From: Clostridiales bacterium
GTDB lineage: Bacteria; Bacillota; Clostridia; Lachnospirales; Lachnospiraceae
Reading direction: 5' to 3'
DNA length: 64,000 bases
Assembly (NCBI GenBank): GCA_012519565.1
Contig: JAAYPX010000077.1
Location: 7,910 to 71,909 of the forward strand
Positions 40,875-50,361 of the stretch are shown one piece after another. Position 1 is the stretch's first letter. Every line of letters starts with the position of its first letter. The position numbers were made by a program, and so were the translations under genes. The notes beneath the pieces are model-generated. The model searched no databases. It was not told the origin of the DNA and was given only the letters and a program-made list of their open reading frames with translations.

Positions 40875-41825
40875 ATGAACAGGAGGATAGAATTATCTTA
40901 TATGGCAATAAATAAAGCAATGAAATTGGCCCTAAAGGCCCTGTCTTACCCAGATATAGACATAAAGAAAAATTATAAAATTCATAGACAGATGACCAAG
41001 GTTACCCGCCCTCATATTAAGCCTTTATATAAGATGTGGGACCATAAGATAAATGGGATTGGTCACGAGATTCCAGTACGTATATTTTTGCCATCAGATA
41101 AAGATAATTTAGATAAATTACTAATATTTTTCCATGGCGGTGGCTGGGTAACCGGTAATATTGATAGTTATACTAATGTTTGCGCCAATATGGCAAAACA
41201 GACAGGCCATATTGTGGTGTCGGTTGACTACCGTCTGGCACCGGAACATCCATTTCCAGCAGCCCCTGAGGATTGCTACACCGCAACAAGAGAAATATTT
41301 ATGAACTGTTCTTTATTTAATGTAAAAAAAGAGGATATAACTTTAATTGGAGATAGTGCCGGTGGTAATCTGGCGGCTGTGGTTTCATTAATGGCCAGGG
41401 ATAGGGGAGAGTTCCTACACTCAAGACAAATACTTATTTATCCATCTGCTTGGAATGACCATAGTGAGACATCCCCCTTTAAATCCGTACATGAGAATGG
41501 TAAAGATTTTCTATTAACATCAAAACGTCTATGCGATTATATGGATTTATATAAAAGTAGTGATGAGGATTTAAAAAATCCATATTTGGCACCTCTTCTG
41601 GCCGATGATTTATCCAATCAGCCAAGAACCCTTATTATTACTGCAGAGTATGATCCACTGAGGGATGAAGGAGAGGCTTATGGAAGAAAACTGGCTGAAT
41701 GGGGGAATAGTGTGGAAGTTTATCGGATGAAAGATGCCTTACATGGATTTATAGCCCTACCAAAGCGATTTGTTCATGTGAAAAGAAGTTATATTATAGT
41801 AAATCAATTTCTTAATCAAGGTTAA
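40875..41825 (+). CDS. alpha/beta hydrolase, hormone-sensitive-lipase-like esterase
   Basis: Oxyanion motif HGGGW, nucleophile elbow GDSAGG, and DPLRDEG...HGF. The start is uncertain: ATG 40875, or ATG 40902 which lies 15 nt after AGGAGG. Confidence 0.82.
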   Translation: MNRRIELSYMAINKAMKLALKALSYPDIDIKKNYKIHRQMTKVTRPHIKPLYKMWDHKINGIGHEIPVRIFLPSDKDNLDKLLIFFHGGGWVTGNIDSYTNVCANMAKQTGHIVVSVDYRLAPEHPFPAAPEDCYTATREIFMNCSLFNVKKEDITLIGDSAGGNLAAVVSLMARDRGEFLHSRQILIYPSAWNDHSETSPFKSVHENGKDFLLTSKRLCDYMDLYKSSDEDLKNPYLAPLLADDLSNQPRTLIITAEYDPLRDEGEAYGRKLAEWGNSVEVYRMKDALHGFIALPKRFVHVKRSYIIVNQFLNQG

Positions 41826-41887
41826 TAATATTCTAAATAAGGAGATTAAAGATAACAGTACTAGATTCAAATGAAAGGTAGTATCTT

Positions 41888-43156
41888 ATGACAAGGAAGA
41901 AACCAATTGAATGGATAAGGTTAGATAATGCAGCCAAGATATTTCCACCAACAACTAATGAAAAAGATACTAAGGTGTTTAGATTTATCTGTGAATTAAA
42001 TGAACAGGTAGATAAGGATATACTTCAACAGGCCTTGGATAAAACTATGATTCATTTTCCTTTATATAGAACTATTTTAAGAAAGGGAGTATTTTGGTAT
42101 TATTTTGAAAGTACAGATTTAACTCCTGAAGTCAAGGAAGAATATAAGCTTCCTTGCAGTATGTTATATAATCAAAATCGTAGGAATTTACTCTTTGAAG
42201 TCACATATTATAAAAACAGAGTGAATCTAGAAATATATCATGCTTTAACAGATGGAACTGGAGCATTGGCCTTCTTAAAAACATTAATATACTATTATTT
42301 GACTATAAAGTATGCAGCTGATTTTGCGGAGGGCTTACCTAATCTGGATTATGATGCCACAATGTCACAGAAGATGGATGATAGTTTTATTAAACATTAC
42401 ACTGGTAGTCCCAAATCCAGAAAAATTAAGCTGAGAAAAGCATATAAAATAACTGGTAGAAGATCAATCGATAATAGACTTAAGGTGATTGAGGGAGTGA
42501 TGTCTGCCAAAGAAGTTATTAATCTGGCCCATAAGTATGAGACAACTCTGACCATATATCTTGTTGCAATTTTCATATATTCCATTTATCAGGAAATGCC
42601 CGATAGAAGTAGGAGATATCCCATAGTTATATCAGTGCCTGTCAATTTAAGGGCTTATTTTCCGTCAGTTACAGCTAGAAATTTTTTTGGAACAATTAAT
42701 GTATCCTATGATTTCAGCAAGGGCGATGGTAGCTTAGATGATATAATCAGGAAGATAAAGGATGATTTCAGTCAGGCTCTTACAACAGAGAAACTAAGAG
42801 TACAGATGAATCGGCTAATTGCCTTGGAGAAAAATGCCTTTGCCCGGGTGGCTCCTTTATTTTTTAAGGATATGGTTCTTCGTATTGCCAACTCCATTAA
42901 TGATAGGGGAATAACAGCCGCTTTTTCTAATATAGGCAAGGTTAAGATGGATAAGATATTCAGTCCCTATATTAGATTATTTAATTGCTTTGTCAGTGCC
43001 AGAAGACCTCAAATAGCTATGTGCTCTTTTGAAGATCGTTTGGTTATTAGTTTTGCATCTCCCTTTATAGGAACTGACATCCAGAAAAATTTCTTTCGCA
43101 TATTATCTGAGCAGGGGATTAAGATTGCTATAGCATCCAATGTTAAAGAACTTTAA
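41888..43156 (+). CDS. condensation / alcohol-acetyltransferase-like acyltransferase (HxxxDG family)
   Basis: 422 aa. The catalytic-type motif YHALTDGTG (HxxxDG) sits at about residue 118 and there are no TM segments. Resembles the PapA5 / WS-DGAT / AATase superfamily. Confidence 0.6.
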   Translation: MTRKKPIEWIRLDNAAKIFPPTTNEKDTKVFRFICELNEQVDKDILQQALDKTMIHFPLYRTILRKGVFWYYFESTDLTPEVKEEYKLPCSMLYNQNRRNLLFEVTYYKNRVNLEIYHALTDGTGALAFLKTLIYYYLTIKYAADFAEGLPNLDYDATMSQKMDDSFIKHYTGSPKSRKIKLRKAYKITGRRSIDNRLKVIEGVMSAKEVINLAHKYETTLTIYLVAIFIYSIYQEMPDRSRRYPIVISVPVNLRAYFPSVTARNFFGTINVSYDFSKGDGSLDDIIRKIKDDFSQALTTEKLRVQMNRLIALEKNAFARVAPLFFKDMVLRIANSINDRGITAAFSNIGKVKMDKIFSPYIRLFNCFVSARRPQIAMCSFEDRLVISFASPFIGTDIQKNFFRILSEQGIKIAIASNVKEL

Positions 43157-43242
43157 ATATATGAAGCTTTATAATTTCCACGACTGTAGAGTTAACCAGT
43201 AGTTTTTTATTACAAATTAAAGAGTAGATAGTGGAGGTATCT

Positions 43243-43908
43243 ATGCTGCATTGTGAGCATTGTAAACTGGATATAAGGGGCAGTCATTCGCTTTGTCCCC
43301 TATGTGGTGGGATTATCCGAGGGGAGAATGATATAGAAGATGATGTTTTTCCTCACATTCCAACCATTTATCAAGAATTTAATATATTTATAAGAGCTAT
43401 GATTCTTGTATCCATATCTGCTGTGGTGATTAGTTTTGCCATCAATATTCTTTTCACCAAGGAATCCAGATGGTCAGTACTGGTAGCAGCAGGGGTCTTG
43501 TGTATGTGGATTAGTTTGTTTTTTATTATAAAAAAGAAAAGCAATATACCTAAGACCATTGTTTGGCAAGTAGCTCTTATTAGTCTTCTATCTGTAATAT
43601 GGGACTATTCCATAGGCTGGATAGGTTGGTCCATAGATTATGTAATACCATCAGTCTGCATAGTAGCTATGATTGTAATGGCCGTAGCTGCAAAGATATT
43701 AAAAATAGGGATTAGAGATATAATAATTTATATGTTTGTAGACGGAATATTTGGAATTATTCCTGTTTTATTCATTATCTTTAACTGGGTAAATGTGACA
43801 TATCCTTCAGTGATCTGTGTTGCTGCCAGTGTAATCTTCCTATCGGCCTTATTATTGTTTCAAGGTGATAATATAAAGAATGAATTAAATAAAAGAATGC
43901 ATATATAA
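43243..43908 (+). CDS. zinc-ribbon membrane protein (DUF6320-like)
   Basis: N-terminal CEHC...CPLCGG followed by about 5 TM helices. ATG 43243 has GGAGG upstream. Family name is from memory only. Confidence 0.55.
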   Translation: MLHCEHCKLDIRGSHSLCPLCGGIIRGENDIEDDVFPHIPTIYQEFNIFIRAMILVSISAVVISFAINILFTKESRWSVLVAAGVLCMWISLFFIIKKKSNIPKTIVWQVALISLLSVIWDYSIGWIGWSIDYVIPSVCIVAMIVMAVAAKILKIGIRDIIIYMFVDGIFGIIPVLFIIFNWVNVTYPSVICVAASVIFLSALLLFQGDNIKNELNKRMHI

Positions 43909-43933
43909 AAATAAGGAGGGTAAATATATTTAG

Positions 43934-44602
43934 ATGAACTCATTTATTTTAAAAATGATTGGTATTATAACTATGCTACTGGACCATATAGGAGCGGTTT
44001 TACTTCAGCCAGGAACTGTGCCTTACTTTATTTTACGCAGTATTGGTAGATTAGCCTTTCCTATATTCGCCTTTTTAATTGTAGAAGGTTTCTTCCATAC
44101 TAGAGACCTTAAGAAATACATGACAAGACTGGGGATATTTGCTCTGCTATCAGAGATACCCTTTGATTTAGCTTTCAATAATAAGGTGCTGGAATTAGGA
44201 TATCAAAATATATTCTTTACCTTATTTTTAGGTCTGATATTAATTCATTTTATTCACCAGCTAGAAAATAAATATAGAACAAATCCAACAGCATATAATA
44301 TATTTAGCGCTTTGGTGACATTGCTCTTTTGTATTATAGCAGTAATACTGGGCACCGATTATGATTTTAAAGGTATATTAATTATAGTAGCCTTCTATCT
44401 ATTCAGAGAAAGCAAGCTGTGGATGGTAGTTTCCTTGCTACTTATTTTAAATATGATAGGGGGAATTTCGGTTTTAGGGACCCTATCTATGGTGTTTATA
44501 GGCTTTTATAATGGTAAAAAGGGCAAAGATATCAAATATTTCTTTTATATCTTTTACCCTCTGCATCTTTTACTACTCTTTTTAATTAATTTTTTGGTAT
44601 AA
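43934..44602 (+). CDS. TraX family membrane protein
   Basis: 222 aa. The N-terminus FILKMIGIITMLLDHIGAVL and the polytopic profile are typical of TraX. Confidence 0.7.
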   Translation: MNSFILKMIGIITMLLDHIGAVLLQPGTVPYFILRSIGRLAFPIFAFLIVEGFFHTRDLKKYMTRLGIFALLSEIPFDLAFNNKVLELGYQNIFFTLFLGLILIHFIHQLENKYRTNPTAYNIFSALVTLLFCIIAVILGTDYDFKGILIIVAFYLFRESKLWMVVSLLLILNMIGGISVLGTLSMVFIGFYNGKKGKDIKYFFYIFYPLHLLLLFLINFLV

Positions 44603-44604
44603 TC

Positions 44605-44781
44605 TTATTTTAGTTGATCTTTATGGAATTTCTTATTGGTTTCAGCATAGGACTGATAAGTCAAATCATCTTCAGAGCTGTGATGATTTTTATCATGAAA
44701 TACAAGACTCATATAATGTTCGGTGATGGGTTTTTTGGATGGGAAACGATAATAAGTCTTTTTTGAGGGTTCAAAATACAT
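44605..44781 (-). CDS. small hypothetical protein (58 aa), not in the ORF track
   Basis: AGGAGG (44795-44790) lies 8 nt upstream of ATG 44781. Encodes MYFEPSKKTYYRFPSKKPITEHYMSLVFHDKNHHSSEDDLTYQSYAETNKKFHKDQLK. TAA at 44607-44605. Confidence 0.45.
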   Translation of the reverse strand: MYFEPSKKTYYRFPSKKPITEHYMSLVFHDKNHHSSEDDLTYQSYAETNKKFHKDQLK

Positions 44782-44937
44782 ATACCTTTCCTCCTATAAA
44801 AAATATTTTAGTTTGCTAGTATTGTCTGTAATAATAAAGAATATATTCGAGGAAATAGAACCAGATTTAGTTTAATTAGATATAATGGATATAGTAGACT
44901 ATTCATTAACACAAAATCAATTTTTAGGAGAATAGGC

Positions 44938-45429
44938 ATGATTTCGTTAATAATATCAGAAGTTAAAAGCTTTATGGCTAAGCTTCTTGTTAGTGATACA
45001 TTTGATCATTATTTGGTTAGAGAAATGGAGTTGCAGACTTTTACTAATTTTCATATCTCTGGTCTGTTTAATGAAGAATTTTACTCCAAAGAGGAAGTGG
45101 AGGAAAGAGGTAATTGTGAATATGTAAAGTGGGGAGAATTAAGGTCTATAGCTTTTTCTATGATTAAGGGTAATAAAACACCCCTACTTTTGAAAATAGT
45201 TTTTCAATTACCAGACGAGAGAGCAGTTGAATTAGCTCAAAAGTCTGAATTAAGCAATGATAATATAGGTGGATTATATATTAATATTAGGTTTGAGAAA
45301 AATCAGCTCCGTATTATTACAGGTACAGCAATTAAGACCTTTACAATGGATAAAACTTTTGAAAGAGAATGGGATATGGAAGTGAAAAACTATCTTAAGC
45401 TTAATAATATTATTTTTGAAGAAGAATAA
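44938..45429 (+). CDS. hypothetical protein (163 aa, soluble)
   Basis: ORF with AGGAGAATAGG RBS region, followed by a strong terminator. I recognise no motif. Confidence 0.55.
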   Translation: MISLIISEVKSFMAKLLVSDTFDHYLVREMELQTFTNFHISGLFNEEFYSKEEVEERGNCEYVKWGELRSIAFSMIKGNKTPLLLKIVFQLPDERAVELAQKSELSNDNIGGLYINIRFEKNQLRIITGTAIKTFTMDKTFEREWDMEVKNYLKLNNIIFEEE

Positions 45430-45447
45430 TTTTATAATCAGTCATTG

Positions 45448-45481
45448 TTAGCACTCACCTCTAAAGAGTGCTAATTTTTTT
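45448..45481 (+). terminator. rho-independent terminator
   Basis: TTAGCACTC-ACCTCTAAA-GAGTGCTAA followed by TTTTTTT. Confidence 0.8.
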
Positions 45482-45580
45482 CTTGACAATTTTTTGGGGG
45501 CAGTTTATTATATCATTATATAAGATAAGCAGAATTCTAATCAAACTGCTAATTAGAAAATGGTTAAAAGGAGTGTAAGT

Positions 45581-47623
45581 ATGAGTACAGAACGCGGTAA
45601 TTTATCTATTAATTCAGAGAACATATTTCCTATTATAAAAAAATGGTTGTATTCTGACCATGATATCTTTTTTCGTGAGTTGATTTCTAATGCCTGTGAT
45701 GCCATAACTAAATTAAAAAAGCTTGAAGCTATGGGAGAATTGGATCTTCCCGATGATAATCAATTTAAGGTTATGGTAAAAGTTAATCCAGAGGAAAAGA
45801 CCATTACATTTACAGATAACGGTATAGGTATGACAGCAGATGAAGTTAAAGAGTATATCAACCAGATAGCCTTTTCTGGAGCAACAAAGTTTGTTGAGCA
45901 ATATAAGGACAAGGCCAACGAGGATCAGATAATAGGTCATTTTGGATTAGGTTTTTACTCTGCATTTATGGTTGCAGATAAAGTAACAATAGATAGCTTG
46001 TCTTGGCAACCAGGGGCAAAGGCTGTTCATTGGGAGTCGGAAAGTGGTCTTGAGTTTGAGATGAGTGACAGTGACAGAGCGGAACGTGGTACAGAGATTA
46101 CCTTGTATTTGAATGAAGATAGTTATGAGTTCTGTAACGAATATCGAGCCAAAGAAATAATTAATAAATATTGCTCATTTATGCCTGTGGAGATATATTT
46201 TGAAAATGCCAATGCTCCAGTAGAGAAGAAAGAGGCTGAGGAAGTAGCCGATGATAAGAAAGAAGAGGCAGAACCAAAGCCAATTAATAATCCAAATCCT
46301 CTTTGGACCAAGCATCCCAATGATTGTACTGATGAAGAGTATAAGGAATTTTATCGTAATGTATTTCATGATTACAGAGAGCCTTTATTCTGGATCCATC
46401 TAAATATGGATTATCCATTTAATTTGAAGGGAATCCTATACTTCCCTAAGATTAATACAGAATATGATTCTTTGGAAGGACTTATTAAATTATATAACAA
46501 TCAGGTATTTATCGCCGATAATATAAAGGAAGTTATTCCAGAATTCTTGATGCTTCTTAAAGGTGTTATTGACTGCCCAGATCTACCCCTTAACGTATCA
46601 AGAAGTGCTTTACAAAATGATGGTTTTGTAAAGAAGATTTCTGATTATATCAGTAAGAAGGTAGCAGATAAGCTTACAGGAATGTTTAAGGTAGATAGGG
46701 AAAATTATGATAAGTATTGGGATGATATTAGTCCTTTTGTTAAGTTTGGCTGCCTAAAGGATGATAAATTCAGGGATAGAGTTAAAGATATTATTATTTA
46801 TAAAAATCTAGAGGGTAAATATATTACCCTACCAGAATATATCCAGGCCAGCACCAAGGCTTCCGATATAGATAAAGAGGTTGTGGATGAAGATAAGACA
46901 GCAGATGTAGCTGATGATAAGCTAGTAGATGTAACTGATGATAAGGATACTGATAAATCAGATGCTGATAGTGAGGATATAAAGGATAAAGAGGATGGTC
47001 AGAAAGAAGATAAGAAGACTATTATATACTATGTAACTGACGAGAAGCAGCAGAGCCAGTATATCAATATATTTAAAGAAGGGGGTCTGGATGCCTTAAT
47101 CTTAACCCATAATATTGATCAACCTTTTATTACACAACTGGAATACCATGATCAAACTATCAAATTCCAGAGAATTGATGCTGAGATTTCAGATAGCTTT
47201 AAAGAGGATACTGAGAAAAAAGACGAAAAGCTATTAAAGAAAAATACAGAAGCAATGACTAAACTATTCCGTAAAGTTCTAGGTAAAGATAAACTAGAGA
47301 TTAAAGTGGAGAAGCTAAAGAATGAGAAGTTATCCTCTTTAATAACATTATCCGAAGAGGGACGCAGAATGCAGGATATGATGAGAATGTACAGCATGCC
47401 TGGAATGGATAATAGCTTATTTGGAGATAGTGAATTACTGGTACTGAATGCCAATAATAAGTTGGTTCAATATATCCTTAACAATGAAAAATCAGAACAT
47501 ACACCAATGATATGCGAGCAGTTATACGACTTGGCACTTTTAAGCCATAGGCCATTAGAACCTGAGGCAATGACTAAATTTATCAGTAGAAGCAATGAAA
47601 TTATGCTCTTACTGACTAAATAA
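45581..47623 (+). CDS. htpG: molecular chaperone HtpG (Hsp90)
   Basis: FRELISNACDA, GHFGLGFYSAFMVA and NVSRSALQ motifs. ATG 45581 follows AAAGGAG. Carries acidic low-complexity inserts. Confidence 0.93.
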   Translation: MSTERGNLSINSENIFPIIKKWLYSDHDIFFRELISNACDAITKLKKLEAMGELDLPDDNQFKVMVKVNPEEKTITFTDNGIGMTADEVKEYINQIAFSGATKFVEQYKDKANEDQIIGHFGLGFYSAFMVADKVTIDSLSWQPGAKAVHWESESGLEFEMSDSDRAERGTEITLYLNEDSYEFCNEYRAKEIINKYCSFMPVEIYFENANAPVEKKEAEEVADDKKEEAEPKPINNPNPLWTKHPNDCTDEEYKEFYRNVFHDYREPLFWIHLNMDYPFNLKGILYFPKINTEYDSLEGLIKLYNNQVFIADNIKEVIPEFLMLLKGVIDCPDLPLNVSRSALQNDGFVKKISDYISKKVADKLTGMFKVDRENYDKYWDDISPFVKFGCLKDDKFRDRVKDIIIYKNLEGKYITLPEYIQASTKASDIDKEVVDEDKTADVADDKLVDVTDDKDTDKSDADSEDIKDKEDGQKEDKKTIIYYVTDEKQQSQYINIFKEGGLDALILTHNIDQPFITQLEYHDQTIKFQRIDAEISDSFKEDTEKKDEKLLKKNTEAMTKLFRKVLGKDKLEIKVEKLKNEKLSSLITLSEEGRRMQDMMRMYSMPGMDNSLFGDSELLVLNANNKLVQYILNNEKSEHTPMICEQLYDLALLSHRPLEPEAMTKFISRSNEIMLLLTK

Positions 47624-47631
47624 AGTTATAT

Positions 47632-47662
47632 GGGCTATTGTAGTAATACACTAGCCCTTTTT
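47632..47662 (+). terminator. rho-independent terminator after htpG
   Basis: GGGCTA-loop-TAGCCC followed by TTTTT. Confidence 0.6.
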
Positions 47663-47876
47663 CTTGTATTTAACACTTTATAATCAATAGATATTAATCC
47701 TCTAATAATTATCATTATAAAAAAATTATTAAATTTGCTATTTCACTTTTAATTAGTTTATGAATATGATATCATATATAGTAATAAAAACCGCATGAAA
47801 TAGTAAAAATAAACATATAACATAGTATAATACAATTAATGTAATTGATTTACAAACCTTGATTAGGAGGATTAAT

Positions 47877-48713
47877 ATGTCTTATAGAATAATAGGTGAT
47901 AGTTGTACAGACTTACCAGAATTTTTAAAAGAGGATGAACATTTTAAATTGGTTCCACTAACAATTAGCTTAGATGATGAAACTATTGTTGATGATAATA
48001 CCTTTAATATAAAAGGTTTTTTAAGTAAGCTTAAGTCCAGTAATAGCTACCCAAAATCTGCCTGTCCATCACCACAGCAATATATGGAACAGTTTGATTT
48101 TGATGGCGATATCTATGTGATAACCTTATCATCAGCTTTAAGTGGCTCATATAATAGTGCCCAACTTGCTAAGAAACTATACTTAGAGAAACACCCTGAT
48201 AAAAATATCGAAGTAATAGATTCTAGATCAGCTTCTGTTGGACAGACCTTGCTAGCATATAAGATTAAAGAGCTGGTAGAAAAGGGACATTCTTTTCAGT
48301 CAGTGGTTGAACAGGTCTACGCCTTTCGAAGTAGCATGAAGACAAAGTTTGTCCTTGAAAGTCTGGAGATACTTATGAAGAATGGAAGATTGACTGGTCT
48401 GCAGGCTTTTATATGCAATACTTTAAATATTAAACCTATATTGGGAGCAACACCTGAAGGTACCATCTGTAAATTAGACCAATCTAGGGGAATTATGAGG
48501 GCCTTATCAAATATGGCTAAAATAATTGAAAAGGATGTTGTAAAACCCCAGGAGAGAATTCTTGGAATAGCCCATTGTAATAACTATGAAAGAGCTCTTT
48601 TTATAAAAGATGAAATCCTTAAAAGGATACCATTTAAAGATTGTATAATAGTTGAAACGGCAGGTATTTCAACTATGTATGCCAATGAAGGTGGAATTAT
48701 AACAGCTTATTAA
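47877..48713 (+). CDS. DegV family fatty-acid-binding protein (paralogue 1)
   Basis: YRIIGDSCTDLP N-terminus and the DegV fold pattern. ATG 47877 follows AGGAGG. Confidence 0.85.
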   Translation: MSYRIIGDSCTDLPEFLKEDEHFKLVPLTISLDDETIVDDNTFNIKGFLSKLKSSNSYPKSACPSPQQYMEQFDFDGDIYVITLSSALSGSYNSAQLAKKLYLEKHPDKNIEVIDSRSASVGQTLLAYKIKELVEKGHSFQSVVEQVYAFRSSMKTKFVLESLEILMKNGRLTGLQAFICNTLNIKPILGATPEGTICKLDQSRGIMRALSNMAKIIEKDVVKPQERILGIAHCNNYERALFIKDEILKRIPFKDCIIVETAGISTMYANEGGIITAY

Positions 48714-48804
48714 GAGGAGTTTGGGAAACTTAAAAGTGCTTATTGTATTATAAATACAGTAATATCTTATCGAAAATATGCTTAAAGAACTTATTGACAA
48801 GAAA

Positions 48805-48834
48805 AAGCCTATAGGTGGACAAACCTATAGGCTT
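48805..48834. terminator. bidirectional hairpin terminator between convergent DegV genes
   Basis: AAGCCTATAGGT-GGACAA-ACCTATAGGCTT, a perfect 12-bp stem flanked by A-rich sequence on the left and T-rich on the right. Confidence 0.65.
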
Positions 48835-48909
48835 TAATTAAAATCAATAGCATACCATTTTACCATAGCAGTATTCACTGCTTTGCTCAACAAGGGTGCA
48901 GTTACTCTA

Positions 48910-49776
48910 TTAGTTATCACCCATAAAACATAATCCTACAGCCCCAGGTCCAGAATGAGCGCCTATACTGGGACTTACATAATTAATAATAACCTGCTTA
49001 TGGGGAAGGTTATCCCTAACCAGTTTAGCCAAATACTCAGCATCCTCAAGGGCATCTCCATGGACTATACAGATGACATCCTTTTCTTCTTTATATTTAC
49101 CCATAGACTCTAACATATTATTAAAGATTACATTAAGAGATTTCTTTCTTCCCCTGGCAGTAGTAAAAGGGACCAATTGACCCTCTGTGTTTATATGTAA
49201 AATTGGCTTTATATTTATCATGGAACCAACAAACGCTGTTGTTCTTGATATTCTACCACCTCGATAAAGATGGCCTAGATCATCTACAGTAAAGAGTACT
49301 TTAAAATCAAATTTATGTTCTTCAATCCAGGCAGCAATCTCATCTATAGTCTTACCTTCTTCCTTAAGCTGCACAGCTTTCATAACAACCATACCTTCAC
49401 CCATAGAAGCATTGAGGGTATCTATTACAATTATTTTAGCTTCAGGGTTTTCTTCACAGATTTCCCTAGCACCAGCCATAACATTACTACAACCACCACT
49501 GAGTGAAGAGGAAAAGCTAATATGTAAAATATCATAACCTTGATTAATATAATAGGTAAAAGTTCTTCTTATTACTTCTGGATTACTGGCCATTGTAGTC
49601 GGCATTAAACCTAAGCGCATCTTATTATAGAAATCCTTCGGATCTAGGTTAATTTCATCGCCATAAGTAATATTTTCCAAATCATAATAATGGGGTATAA
49701 TGCCTATACCTTTTTCCCTAATATAGTCAATTAGTAAATCGGAGTTTGAATCAGCAGTAATAACAAAGTTTCTCAT
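48910..49776 (-). CDS. DegV family fatty-acid-binding protein (paralogue 2)
   Basis: MRNFVITADSNSDL N-terminus. ATG 49776 lies 6 nt after GGGAGAG. The track ORF opens at TTG 49791. Confidence 0.85.
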   Translation of the reverse strand: MRNFVITADSNSDLLIDYIREKGIGIIPHYYDLENITYGDEINLDPKDFYNKMRLGLMPTTMASNPEVIRRTFTYYINQGYDILHISFSSSLSGGCSNVMAGAREICEENPEAKIIVIDTLNASMGEGMVVMKAVQLKEEGKTIDEIAAWIEEHKFDFKVLFTVDDLGHLYRGGRISRTTAFVGSMINIKPILHINTEGQLVPFTTARGRKKSLNVIFNNMLESMGKYKEEKDVICIVHGDALEDAEYLAKLVRDNLPHKQVIINYVSPSIGAHSGPGAVGLCFMGDN

Positions 49777-49987
49777 AGATATCTCTCCCAATAGTATATT
49801 AATGTCATTCTACTAAAGTGTTTATAGTTTATCAATAGTTAATTTATAAATATTTACTTTTTATTAGATATTTATAAATAATTTATAAAATATATCTATA
49901 TTTTGGATGTAAATTGGAAAAACCATGCATAAATATAGTATCAAAGATGTGTGTAATATATTGTTGATATGAGGGAGGAGGTTTTAT

Positions 49988-50296
49988 ATGGATATTCTTA
50001 ATCAATATGTTGTAGTTTTAGTAGTAGGAATTTGCTTATCTGTAGGTTACATAATTAAACACAGTCTGGATTTTATCCCCAACAGGTTTATTCCCTTAAT
50101 TCTGGGAAGCCTAGGAGTAATACTAAATGTGTGGCTAGAAGGGTGGAAATTTAACCCGGAGATTCTCCTTGGTGGATTAGCATCAGGATTAGCTAGTACC
50201 GGTACTTTTGAGATGGTAAGAAATATGATAAATAAGGAGCCGACTGTAAGTAAAGAACAACTTGTGAATAAAGAGCAGATAGTAGATAAGGAATAA
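49988..50296 (+). CDS. phage-holin-family small membrane protein
   Basis: 102 aa with GGGAGGAGG RBS. Two or three TM helices (VVLVVGICLSVGYII, FIPLILGSLGVILNVWL) and a charged tail KEQLVNKEQIVDKE. Resembles clostridial phage holin family proteins. Confidence 0.55.
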   Translation: MDILNQYVVVLVVGICLSVGYIIKHSLDFIPNRFIPLILGSLGVILNVWLEGWKFNPEILLGGLASGLASTGTFEMVRNMINKEPTVSKEQLVNKEQIVDKE

Positions 50297-50300
50297 TGAT

Positions 50301-50341
50301 ATGCAGGCTAGCCCATGATTTTGAGCTAACCTGCATATTTT
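50301..50341. terminator. bidirectional terminator between the holin-like gene and the ABC permease
   Basis: ATGCAGGCTAGC...GCTAACCTGCAT followed by ATTTT. Confidence 0.6.
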
Positions 50342-50361
50342 ATACATTTATAAATATAAAG

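Noticed and set aside
49988-50296. The holin-like gene considered as evidence for a prophage or phage remnant.
   Set aside because: There is no endolysin, integrase, terminase, capsid or tail gene within the window. The flanking genes are metabolic and separated by ordinary terminators.
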